Origin: an uncultured Anaerolineae bacterium
GTDB taxonomy: Bacteria > Chloroflexota > Anaerolineae > CAYNKW01
Reading direction: 5' to 3'
DNA: 18,113 nucleotides
Assembly: GCA_964453885.1 (NCBI GenBank)
Contig: CAYVPU010000041.1
Span: forward strand, 1-18,113
Shown: positions 1 through 7,315 of the stretch, in pieces
How the letters are laid out: the number at the start of each line of letters is the position of its first letter
Position numbering within the stretch: position 1 is the first letter of the stretch
Translations under genes and position numbers: made by a program
The notes under the pieces: model-generated
Told to the model about the DNA's origin: nothing
The model's database searches: none
The model's input: only the letters and a program-made list of their open reading frames with translations

Positions 1-588
1 ACCACCTTCGAAGAATGTGCCCGCCTCATTGCCCTGCAAACCTACGAGGTGGCAGAGCGGGGTCATATAGCCAGCGGCCGGATGCCGGCCGCTGGCGCTA
101 CTAAAATCGAAGCCCTCGTCAGCCGCATCAACGAGGGCCACACTCCCGACTTTCTGGCCTTGATTGACGAGGTCTTGCAGGCGCGAGGCGAGGACCAGGT
201 AGAGCGTCCCGTCATCGCCGATCTGTACCTCAAAGACAAGGCCGGCCGCGAATACCTTTTTGAGATCAAATCTCCCAAGCCAAACAAGGGGCAATGTCTG
301 GAAGTCGCTGAGCGGCTGTTGCGCGTCCATGCCATCAAAGGCCAGGGCCGGCCCCAGGTCAATGCTTACTTTGCCATGGCTTACAACCCCTACGGCGGAC
401 GCCTGGAGGACTACCGCCACAGCTTTGCCCTGCGCTACCTGGACATGCGCCACCAGGTGCTCCTGGGCGCAGATTTCTGGACGCTTATAGGCGGCGAGGG
501 CACTTATGAAGAATTGCTGGCGATCTATCGCGAGGTAGGGCAGGCGAAACGCAAGTACATGATAGACACCCTGGCTTTTGGTTTTTGA
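1..588 (+). CDS. PD-(D/E)XK-fold nuclease, possibly TdeIII-like type II restriction endonuclease. It is 5'-partial: the frame is open from base 1, and the GTG at 49 is probably not the true start.
   Basis: The reading frame is open from the window edge (TTFEECARLIALQTYEVAERGH...). There is a D-x(n)-E-x-K signature (IADLYL...EYLFEIKSPKPNKGQ) typical of PD-(D/E)XK nucleases. The stop is at 586-588. The family assignment comes from motif memory only. Confidence 0.45.
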   Translation, partial: TTFEECARLIALQTYEVAERGHIASGRMPAAGATKIEALVSRINEGHTPDFLALIDEVLQARGEDQVERPVIADLYLKDKAGREYLFEIKSPKPNKGQCLEVAERLLRVHAIKGQGRPQVNAYFAMAYNPYGGRLEDYRHSFALRYLDMRHQVLLGADFWTLIGGEGTYEELLAIYREVGQAKRKYMIDTLAFGF

Positions 589-596
589 TCCCCCTT

Positions 597-1583
597 ATGA
601 TACGACGACCGATGTCCAAGCCGTTGAAACTGCTGCTTACGCTACTGCTGTCCGTCGCTTTGCTGGTCGGCTGCGGCCCAGAGATCACGCTTCCGACGCC
701 GACGTCCCCACCGCCGACTGAGCCGGTGGTCTTGGCCACCGTGACGCCCCGGGCGACTTTTACGCCAGCGCCGTCTACGCCCATTCCTACCGACTCCCCC
801 ACGCCCACGCCCACGCCCATCATCTACGTTCTGAAGAAGGGGGATAATTTGTGGGACATTGCCTGGGAACATGGCGTGAGTGTGGAAGCGTTGCAGGAAG
901 TCAACGGCATCACCGACCCGCGCACCTTGCAGATCGGGCAAGAGTTGATTATCCCCCGCGAAGAGGAATCCCGCGCTGTCCCTGCCACGCCCACGCCGAC
1001 GCCGGTGCCGCTGGAACTGGTCAACCTGGGCTTTTACGAGACGCCCACCGGTGGGTTGTGGTGTCTGGGTGAAGTCTGGAACCGGTCGGGGGCGGACGCA
1101 GAGCTGGTGCAGGTGGCTGTGGCACTCTACGACGCCGACCGGCGGGTGCTGATGGAGCGGTCGGCTTTTATGGGTCTCGACATCGTGCCTCGGGATGGGC
1201 GCTCGCCCTTTGGGTTGCTCTTTGAGCAAAAGCCAGCCGATTTCGTTGCCTACCAGGTCTGGATCGTCAGCGGCGAACCAATGACCTACCTGGGCAGCCG
1301 TTACAGGGGCCTGAAGGTGATCAACGACAAGGGCGAATCGGCCGGCAGCGCCTTCGTGGTCAGCGGGCAGGTGGAGAATCTGGGCGACGCCCCAGCGCGG
1401 GACGTTTCTGTCGTCGTGACGGCTTACGACGGCGAAGGCCTGGTGACGGGGACTCGTCAGGTGGCTGTGGAGGAAGAGACGCTGGCGGTTGGTGCACTGA
1501 GTCGCTTCCAGGTGAGTCTCATTCCTGCGGGGAAAGAGGTCGTGTCCTATGCGGTGCAGGCGCAGGGCTGGCGAGGAAACTAG
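597..1583 (+). CDS. LysM domain lipoprotein with Pro/Thr-rich linkers and two tandem ~100-aa beta-rich C-terminal repeats
   Basis: There is a signal peptide plus lipobox (MIRRPMSKPLKLLLTLLLSVALLVGC). PT-rich linkers are present (PTPTSPPPTEP, TPTPTPVP). A canonical LysM motif is present (YVLKKGDNLWDIAWEHGVSVEALQEVNGITDPRTLQIGQELIIP). An internal repeat is visible (GEVWNRSGADAELVQVAVALYD... / GQVENLGDAPARDVSVVVTAYD...). The ORF track starts at TTG 585; the ATG at 597 or 612 is more plausible. Confidence 0.75.
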   Translation: MIRRPMSKPLKLLLTLLLSVALLVGCGPEITLPTPTSPPPTEPVVLATVTPRATFTPAPSTPIPTDSPTPTPTPIIYVLKKGDNLWDIAWEHGVSVEALQEVNGITDPRTLQIGQELIIPREEESRAVPATPTPTPVPLELVNLGFYETPTGGLWCLGEVWNRSGADAELVQVAVALYDADRRVLMERSAFMGLDIVPRDGRSPFGLLFEQKPADFVAYQVWIVSGEPMTYLGSRYRGLKVINDKGESAGSAFVVSGQVENLGDAPARDVSVVVTAYDGEGLVTGTRQVAVEEETLAVGALSRFQVSLIPAGKEVVSYAVQAQGWRGN

Positions 1584-1586
1584 AGT

Positions 1587-2282
1587 ATGACCACGAACAG
1601 TGGAGGAAAAAAAGACCGTGGCTACTGGATGATGTGCAAGGTCTTTGACCTCATCTATCGTATCCTGGCGTGCATCGAGGTCGTGGGCCGGGAGAACCTC
1701 GACGTGGAAGGCCCTTGCCTGGTCATCATGAACCACCTCAGTGTCTTTGACCCACCACTGTTGGGCATCCTCCTGCCGAGAAGGAGCTGGGCGATGGCGG
1801 CAGAAAAGTACCGCCGGCATCCCCTCTTTGGCCCTATTCTGCATCTCATCGGGGTGATCTTTGTGCGGCGGGGGGAGGTGGACCGCCGGGCGCTCAGGGC
1901 AATATTAAAGGTGCTCCGGGAAGGTGGTGTCATAGGGTTGGCCCCGGAAGGCACGCGCAGCAAGACAGGACAGTTGCAGCGAGCTAAAGAGGGAGTTGCC
2001 TACCTGGCCAGCCGCACCGATGCCACCATCGTCCCGGTGGCCTTTACCGGCACGGAAAAGATGGTGAGCGCCCTCAAACGATTGCACCGGGAACGGGTGC
2101 GGGTCGTCGTCGGTGAACCGTTCAAGCTGCCGGCAGCCAATAGCCCGGCAAAAGGCCCACAACTGGCTGCTTATACCGGCCTGATCATGTGCCGCCTGGC
2201 AGCCCTGCTGCCCGAATCCTACCGAGGCTATTACCGTGATCGCTGCACTCCAGACGGAACGCCTCTGCCGATGGGAGACTAG
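1587..2282 (+). CDS. plsC: 1-acyl-sn-glycerol-3-phosphate (lysophospholipid) acyltransferase, PlsC/LPLAT family
   Basis: The H-x4-D catalytic motif (NHLSVFD) and the PEGTRS acceptor-binding motif are present. The SD-like GAGGAAA is 8 nt upstream of ATG 1587. Confidence 0.85.
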   Translation: MTTNSGGKKDRGYWMMCKVFDLIYRILACIEVVGRENLDVEGPCLVIMNHLSVFDPPLLGILLPRRSWAMAAEKYRRHPLFGPILHLIGVIFVRRGEVDRRALRAILKVLREGGVIGLAPEGTRSKTGQLQRAKEGVAYLASRTDATIVPVAFTGTEKMVSALKRLHRERVRVVVGEPFKLPAANSPAKGPQLAAYTGLIMCRLAALLPESYRGYYRDRCTPDGTPLPMGD

Positions 2283-2288
2283 AAAGGG

Positions 2289-3104
2289 GTGCGGACTCGA
2301 GTGCCTCAGAGTGCCAGCCGATGGCCAGCGCGGCCCCGGCTCCGGCAAGTTGCTGCCGTTGTTGCCGTGGCGATCATTGCTGCCTTTGTACTCTCGCCAC
2401 CGTGGTCGGTGCTAGAGAAAGCGGATGCCGTTGGCTATGCCACCTGCCATCGCATTCCTGACCGGTCGTTTCACCTGGGCGGGCGGCAGTTGCCCCTGTG
2501 CGCCCGCTGCACCGGGACTTACCTGGGAGTGATGGCTGGCCTGGGAACGTTCTTTCTTCGGGGGCGCCGGCGGGCTGCCGGTTTTCCGCCGGTGCGTGTG
2601 CTCGCTGCGTTCGCGGGCTTTTGGGCCATCTGGGGCGTGGATGGCCTCAATTCCTACCTGACGTTGCTGGGCCTGCCTCACCTCTATGAGCCACACCACC
2701 TGCTTCGCGTCATGACCGGCTGCCTCAACGGCCTGGCGCTCAGTGCTCTTGTCTGGCCGGTGTTCAGCTTTTCCCTATGGAAGCAAACCGACCCTCAACG
2801 GGTAATCCCGAGTTTGCACGAGTTGGGAGGGATGGTCGCTGTGGCCTGGGTAATGGCCCTTGCCGTGTACACCGAGCCCTCTTTCCTGCTCTACCCGGTG
2901 GCACTGGTCAGTGCCTTTGGCTCGCTGTTGATGCTGACGCTGGTGAACACCATACTGGTGCTGGTCGTCGTGCAGCAGGAGGCCGCCGCCGTCACCTGGC
3001 GCGACGCGGTGCTGCCGATGACGTTGGGGCTGGCGTTGACCCTGGTCGAGGTGGGCGTCATAGATTTTGTGCGCTTTAACCTGCTGCCGCCGCTGGCGTT
3101 TTAG
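2289..3104 (+). CDS. DUF2085-like polytopic membrane protein with a Cys/His motif
   Basis: The motif CHRIPDRSFHLGGRQLPLCARCTGTYLG is followed by multiple hydrophobic helices. The start is uncertain (GTG 2289 or GTG 2301). Confidence 0.65.
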   Translation: MRTRVPQSASRWPARPRLRQVAAVVAVAIIAAFVLSPPWSVLEKADAVGYATCHRIPDRSFHLGGRQLPLCARCTGTYLGVMAGLGTFFLRGRRRAAGFPPVRVLAAFAGFWAIWGVDGLNSYLTLLGLPHLYEPHHLLRVMTGCLNGLALSALVWPVFSFSLWKQTDPQRVIPSLHELGGMVAVAWVMALAVYTEPSFLLYPVALVSAFGSLLMLTLVNTILVLVVVQQEAAAVTWRDAVLPMTLGLALTLVEVGVIDFVRFNLLPPLAF

Positions 3105-3198
3105 TGAAACGTAATGCGTAAAGCGTAACGAGTAGAACGTAGTGTGTTCCGCTTTACGTGTTACTCGTTTCTCATTACTCATCACTCATCACGTTTCC
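3105..3198. repeat. Structured intergenic repeat element, copy 1 (GTGAAACGT...CATCACGTTTCC), probably a terminator-like or REP-like element
   Basis: The outer imperfect inverted repeat is GTGAAACGTAATG (3105-3117) vs CATCACGTTTCC (3187-3198). Internal interleaved inverted repeats are present: GCGTAAAGCG / CGCTTTACG and TAACGAGTA / TACTCGTT. There is a tandem 7-mer (TCATCAC x2). Element 2 at 14052-14124 shares the core motifs. Confidence 0.45.
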
Positions 3199-3233
3199 CT
3201 TATCATTTGCAACGCTTGGCAACCACGTGCGTA

Positions 3234-3262
3234 TTGTCAGCATAGCGAAACTCTGGTATAAT
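3234..3262 (+). promoter_or_regulatory. sigma70-type promoter with extended -10
   Basis: The -35 is TTGTCA (3234-3239), the spacer is 17 bp, and the -10 is TATAAT (3257-3262) preceded by TGG (extended -10). It lies ~65 nt upstream of ATG 3328. Confidence 0.55.
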
Positions 3263-3327
3263 GACCGCAAATCCACCGGCGTGAGTCTTTGACCCTCACG
3301 ACCAACAATCCAGAAAGGAGAACACTC

Positions 3328-3987
3328 ATGGACATCGGTAAGGCTTTCGGCTTTGTGTTCGACGACGAGAACTGGATCGTCAAGGTGCTCGTTGGAGGAG
3401 TATTGAGCCTCATTCCCTTTGTGGGCCCGATCCTGATGTACGGCTATGGCCTGGAACTGATGGAGAACGTCATCAAGGGTCGGCCCAGGCCGCTGCCCGA
3501 GTGGGACGATTGGGGCGGCAAGCTGGTCAAAGGGATCATGTACCTTGTTATCAGTTTTGTGTATGCCATCCCCATTGTGCTCCTTGGCTTTTGCTTTGGA
3601 CTGCTGATGACGGGCCTTGGGGTGGCGGAGGCTGAAGAGGCAGCTAATGTCGTCGGTTCTTTGGGAGGGGTCTGCTTTGGCGGGTTCGCTCTATTGTATG
3701 GGATCTTGCTGACATTGGCTCTGCCCCCCGCCATCGGCCGCTATCTGGAGACCGGCGAATTGGGCACTGCGTTTCGCTTGGGCGAGGTGTTTGCCCTGGT
3801 GAGGGATAACATCGGTGCCTGGATCATCGCTCTGGTGCTCACCTGGCTGGCTGGTCTGATCGCGAGCCTGGGCATCATCCTGTGCTTCGTGGGCGTCTTG
3901 TTCACCGCCTTCTGGGCCAACCTGGTGATGATGTACCTGTGGGGTGACGTTTACCGCCAGGCCAGTGCCAAGTCGGTGACCCTGTAA
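3328..3987 (+). CDS. DUF4013-like polytopic membrane protein
   Basis: The N-terminus (MDIGKAFGFVFDDENWIVKVLVGGVLSLIPFVGPILMYGYG) is typical of DUF4013. There are several TM helices. The SD AAAGGAG is 7 nt upstream of ATG 3328. The ORF track start at 3289 lacks an RBS. Confidence 0.65.
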   Translation: MDIGKAFGFVFDDENWIVKVLVGGVLSLIPFVGPILMYGYGLELMENVIKGRPRPLPEWDDWGGKLVKGIMYLVISFVYAIPIVLLGFCFGLLMTGLGVAEAEEAANVVGSLGGVCFGGFALLYGILLTLALPPAIGRYLETGELGTAFRLGEVFALVRDNIGAWIIALVLTWLAGLIASLGIILCFVGVLFTAFWANLVMMYLWGDVYRQASAKSVTL

Positions 3988-4174
3988 AAAGTCGGCAGGT
4001 GCTTGACGCCACCACGAGTCTGGTCATTGGCTTTGGGCTTTCGCCATCGGCAGGTTTGTTGCTTTTGTTCATCGTCATGGTAAGCTGGTATTGGCGGCGG
4101 CGTGCCCATCTGGCGCGGGCCTGAGCCGGAAAAATTTTCAGGTTTCATAATCATTAAGAAAGGGAAAGTAAGAC

Positions 4175-4390
4175 ATGGAAGGCACTTACGTTGCACCAGG
4201 GGCGGCCCCTGAGCCAAAAAAGGACAACACCGTGTTGATCATCATCGCGGTCATCGTGGGGCTGATTCTACTGTGCTGCTGCTGCTTAGCGGCATTCTTT
4301 TTCGTGGGACCGTTACTCTTTGGCGGCCCCGTAGTCGGCAACGTCTTCTCCAACATCATTGAGGGCTTGGAGATGACGCCCGTCTACTAG
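4175..4390 (+). CDS. small single-TM membrane protein with a CCCC cluster
   Basis: There is a strong SD (GAAAGGGAAAG) 6 nt upstream of the ATG. The 71-aa product has a hydrophobic core (LIIIAVIVGLILLCCCCLAAFFFVGPLLFGG). Confidence 0.5.
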   Translation: MEGTYVAPGAAPEPKKDNTVLIIIAVIVGLILLCCCCLAAFFFVGPLLFGGPVVGNVFSNIIEGLEMTPVY

Positions 4391-4422
4391 CTCACGCTGA
4401 GCCATGGACGATTCTCAATCAT

Positions 4423-4470
4423 AAAGGCGCGCCGAGTGAGCGGTCCTACGCTCATTCCTTGCGCCTTTTT
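4423..4470 (+). terminator. rho-independent terminator-like hairpin downstream of the small membrane protein gene
   Basis: The stem AAAGGCGC (4423-4430) pairs with GCGCCTTT (4461-4468), with inner pairing GAGTGAGCG / CGCTCATTC. A T-run follows. Confidence 0.45.
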
Positions 4471-4514
4471 GATCATTGGGTCATGTGCCCTTTGTCATTG
4501 AAACGGAGTTCGCT

Positions 4515-5360
4515 ATGCCTCTTGGCGCACACGTGTCTATCGCCGGCGGCGTTGACAAGGCCGTGCTGCGCGGCCAGCAGATCGGCTGCGAGACTATCCA
4601 GATCTTTACCAAGAGCAACCACCGCTGGGCCGCCCCTCCGCTGAGGGACGAGACGATAGAGAATTGGTACCGCAACCTGGAGGAGAGCGGCATCGCCCCG
4701 GTGGTGGCCCACGACTCCTACCTCATCAACCTGGCCTCGCCCGACGACGCGCTGTGGCAGAAATCGCTGGATGCTTTTGTCATCGAGATGGTGCGTTGCC
4801 AGGCCTTGAACATCCCCTACCTGGTGATGCACCCCGGGGCGCATACCGGGTCGGGGGAGGAAGCGGGCTTGCGCCGGGTTGCCACGGCCCTCGACCGCGC
4901 CTTTGAGCGCGTGCCCGACGCGCGGGTGACGGTGCTGCTGGAAACAACAGCCGGCCAGGGCTCCAGGCTGGGCTACCGGTTCGAGCACCTGGCGCGGATT
5001 ATGGAGCTGGCAAGGGCGGACGATCGCCTGGGCGTCTGCTTTGACACATGTCACGCCCTGGCGGCAGGCTATGAAATCCGCTCGCCAGAAGGATACGAGG
5101 CGACATTCCAGCGGTTCGACCAGATTATTGGCCTGGAGCGGCTACAAGTCTTTCACGTCAACGACTCAAAGCGCGACCTGGGCAGCCGGGTGGACCGCCA
5201 CGAACACATCGGCCAGGGTTACGTTGGCCTGGAAGGCTTTAGGCTGCTGTTGAATGACGACCGCTTTCGCCAGCACCCTATGCTGTTGGAAACGCCCAAA
5301 GGCCCAGACATGCAAGAGGACGTGGAGAACCTGGCAGTCCTCCGCAGTCTGATGACCTGA
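4515..5360 (+). CDS. nfo: endonuclease IV (AP endonuclease family 2, Nfo)
   Basis: The N-terminus (MPLGAHVSIAGGVDKAVLRGQQIGCETIQIFTKSNHRW) is characteristic of Nfo. The motifs HDSYLINLASPD, VMHPGAHTG and FDTCH (metal ligands) are present. The SD ACGGAG is 7 nt upstream of ATG 4515. Confidence 0.9.
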   Translation: MPLGAHVSIAGGVDKAVLRGQQIGCETIQIFTKSNHRWAAPPLRDETIENWYRNLEESGIAPVVAHDSYLINLASPDDALWQKSLDAFVIEMVRCQALNIPYLVMHPGAHTGSGEEAGLRRVATALDRAFERVPDARVTVLLETTAGQGSRLGYRFEHLARIMELARADDRLGVCFDTCHALAAGYEIRSPEGYEATFQRFDQIIGLERLQVFHVNDSKRDLGSRVDRHEHIGQGYVGLEGFRLLLNDDRFRQHPMLLETPKGPDMQEDVENLAVLRSLMT

Positions 5361-5371
5361 CAGAAAAGGCA

Positions 5372-5400
5372 TTGACATATCTCTAGTTATGTCGTATAAT
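5372..5400 (+). promoter_or_regulatory. near-consensus sigma70 promoter
   Basis: The -35 is TTGACA (5372-5377), the spacer is 17 bp, and the -10 is TATAAT (5395-5400). Confidence 0.6.
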
Positions 5401-5401
5401 G

Positions 5402-5449
5402 AGATAACTTGGTTGTCACACTTTTGTCGGACAAAAGAGATCGTTATCT
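5402..5449 (+). promoter_or_regulatory. operator-like palindrome / leader hairpin immediately downstream of the promoter
   Basis: An 8-1-8 perfect palindrome CTTTTGTC-G-GACAAAAG (5421-5437) is nested inside the AGATAAC...GTTATCT inverted repeat (5402-5408 / 5443-5449). Confidence 0.4.
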
Positions 5450-5510
5450 GCAACCGAATGTGTTGTGATTCATTCCTCGGTCCTGCTGGAATGTAAAGGG
5501 GGGCAAAAGC

Positions 5511-6056
5511 ATGGAATCAAAATCCGTGATACAAGGTGCATCTTTTTGGTTGGCCTTTGAAAAATTCGCCCTGGTCTTTTCCTTCTCCGTGAACGTCATC
5601 TTGCTCATTGTTGTGCTGTTGCTGGCGGGACTGCTGTTGCCCATCAGGGACTATATCGCCCGTCCGACCATGGACAAGGTGATGGCCGAGATCGAACAAC
5701 TGGGCGAAACGCACATCAAAACGACGATCGTGGTAGAGGACGAGATCCAGGTCAAATTTGACCTGCCGCTGAACCAGGCGGTAAACGTCACGACACTGGC
5801 TCCCGTACCGATAGAGACGGCCGCTTTCTTTACCCTGCCCGGAGGCGGTGGTTACATCCGGGGAACGGTGAGTCTTGACCTGCCGACCGGCACGGTTTTG
5901 CCGGTGATGTTGAACACGACCGTGCCGGTGGATCAGATGGTGCCGGTCAAATTGACGGTGCCGGTGGACATTAACCTGGGCGAAACGGACCTGAAGACGA
6001 GTGTGGACAATTTTAAGGCTTTGCTGGAGCCCATAGACAACCTGTTGGGTGAATAA
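5511..6056 (+). CDS. hypothetical membrane-anchored protein (N-terminal TM, then a beta-rich domain with repeated L/V-P-V motifs)
   Basis: The SD AAAGGGGGG is 7 nt upstream of the ATG. There is a TM anchor (VNVILLIVVLLLAGLLLPI) followed by LPxxxV / VPV repeats. No recognisable family. Confidence 0.6.
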   Translation: MESKSVIQGASFWLAFEKFALVFSFSVNVILLIVVLLLAGLLLPIRDYIARPTMDKVMAEIEQLGETHIKTTIVVEDEIQVKFDLPLNQAVNVTTLAPVPIETAAFFTLPGGGGYIRGTVSLDLPTGTVLPVMLNTTVPVDQMVPVKLTVPVDINLGETDLKTSVDNFKALLEPIDNLLGE

Positions 6057-6118
6057 CCAGTCCATGAACGGGGTGTGGCGACACTGCCCTCGTCTGCGGA
6101 CGTTTTTAGGAACGGCGA

Positions 6119-6146
6119 GTCCCCTGGCATAATAGCGCCAGGGGAC
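6119..6146 (+). other. perfect 10-bp stem hairpin (GTCCCCTGGC-ATAATAGC-GCCAGGGGAC) in the intergenic region upstream of the histidine phosphatase gene
   Basis: Perfect inverted repeat with an 8-nt loop containing ATAATA. It lies 30 nt upstream of ATG 6176. A weak terminator (CGTC-TGCG-GACG + TTTTT, 6091-6107) precedes it. Confidence 0.4.
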
Positions 6147-6175
6147 TTGAGGCAATGATAACCTTTGGAGGCCAA

Positions 6176-6763
6176 ATGATCGAACTCGTCCTTGTTCGTC
6201 ACGGGCAATCGTACGGCAACCTTGATCGCTCGCTCGGCCCAGATACCGATCTAACTGACCTGGGACGCGAGCAGGCCACGCGGTTGGGGAATTGGCTGGC
6301 CGAACAGGGCTATGCCTTCACTGCGCTCTACAGCAGTTCTCTACGGCGCGCCCGCCAGACGGCCGAGATCGTCAATGAGCATTTTGGACTAGAGATCGCA
6401 TTCGACCCCGATCTGCGCGAAACCGAGGTGCCGTACCTGGACAACCTGCCGCTGCGCGCAGACCCGCTGGGCGTGGAAGCTGGGCTGCCCTTTGAACCTG
6501 AATACGAGCAAATGCGCGAACGGGTGGCGCGAGCAGTGGCGCGTTTCCTGTCCGAGACCCTGGAGGGGCAGGTGCTGGTCGTCGGCCACGGCGGCTCGTT
6601 GGCTACTGCGCTACGCCTGATCCTGGGCACTCACGCCCTGCTGGTGCGCACTGGACAAACCGCAGTGCATTGTCTACGCTGGGAGGATGGCCGCTGGAAT
6701 CTGCAATACGTGAACCGGCAGGAGCATCTTGTGAGTCTCATTCCCCATCCCCCTCATCTCTGA
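6176..6763 (+). CDS. histidine phosphatase family protein (phosphoglycerate-mutase-like)
   Basis: The N-terminal catalytic motif is LVLVRHGQSYGN (RHG) and the C-terminal motif is VVGHGG. The GGAGG SD lies before ATG 6176. The alternative ATG 6155 (ORF-track start) is in the same frame but follows a hairpin with no RBS. Confidence 0.8.
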   Translation: MIELVLVRHGQSYGNLDRSLGPDTDLTDLGREQATRLGNWLAEQGYAFTALYSSSLRRARQTAEIVNEHFGLEIAFDPDLRETEVPYLDNLPLRADPLGVEAGLPFEPEYEQMRERVARAVARFLSETLEGQVLVVGHGGSLATALRLILGTHALLVRTGQTAVHCLRWEDGRWNLQYVNRQEHLVSLIPHPPHL

Positions 6764-7196
6764 CCTGATCGGGAAACACCTTCCAATAGCCTATGGCCTG
6801 TTCCATGTCGTTCAGTTTCTCTTTTGGCACGGGCAAATAGGTGGCCGTGGCCGTGGCGGCCAGGCTGCCGTCGGCCAAATAGAGTTCTCCGCTGACTTTT
6901 ATGAGACGACGCGTCTCGCGCATTACCTCGCCAACGATGGTCAACGGCTGGTCCAAGGGGATCATGCACTTGTAGCGGATTTCCAGGCAAGCCGTCATCA
7001 GCCACACGTCGCGCTTGATGGCCACCCGGCCCAGCACCTCGTCCAGCAATGCTGCCGCGATGCCCCCGTGAAGAAGGCCGGGGTAGCCCTGGTGTTCGTC
7101 CCCCGGCGTGAAGGTAGCCATCACCCGGCCATCGGTGTCCTCGTAAAAGAACTGCTTGAGCCCGATGGGATTCTCCATGCCACACACAAAGCACAT
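6738..7196 (-). CDS. PaaI/4HBT-type hotdog-fold acyl-CoA thioesterase
   Basis: The product begins MCFVCGMENPIGL, and GYPGLLHGGIAAALLDEV is typical of PaaI-family thioesterases. The longer ORF to 7292 would run through a terminator hairpin, so ATG 7196 (or 7178) is preferred. The 3' end overlaps the convergent phosphatase gene by 26 bp. Confidence 0.7.
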   Translation of the reverse strand: MCFVCGMENPIGLKQFFYEDTDGRVMATFTPGDEHQGYPGLLHGGIAAALLDEVLGRVAIKRDVWLMTACLEIRYKCMIPLDQPLTIVGEVMRETRRLIKVSGELYLADGSLAATATATYLPVPKEKLNDMEQAIGYWKVFPDQVRDEGDGE

Positions 7197-7272
7197 CTGT
7201 GAGTTGGGCTGTTTGATGAGATCTGCCACAGAACCAGCCTCCTGAAAAAGGACGTACAAAGGGAAAATCGTA

Positions 7273-7305
7273 GACCTCAGAGATTTCCTCAAAATCTCTG
7301 AGGTC
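7273..7305 (-). terminator. intrinsic terminator for the minus-strand kinase operon
   Basis: Perfect 12-bp stem GACCTCAGAGAT / ATCTCTGAGGTC with a 9-nt loop. On the minus strand it is followed by the U-rich UACGAUUUUCCCUUUG. Confidence 0.6.
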
Positions 7306-7315
7306 TGGGCGCTTG

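Noticed and set aside
485-823. 112-aa minus ORF with GVGV repeats
   Set aside because: It is antisense to the PT-rich linker of the LysM lipoprotein, and the repeat simply mirrors the PTPTP codons.
642-1844. 400-aa minus-strand ORF (Arg/His/Gly-rich) overlapping the LysM and plsC genes
   Set aside because: It is an antisense shadow ORF typical of high-GC DNA. It has low-complexity R/G/H-rich composition and no motifs, and it overlaps two well-supported plus-strand genes.
5517-6155. 212-aa minus ORF opposite the hypothetical 5511-6056 gene
   Set aside because: It has Arg/His/Gln-rich low-complexity composition and no RBS. The plus-strand gene has a consensus promoter and SD.
7196-7292. N-terminal extension of the thioesterase ORF to 7292
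   Set aside because: It would start inside the loop of a 12-bp terminator hairpin and has no RBS. The conserved thioesterase N-terminus begins at MCFVCG.
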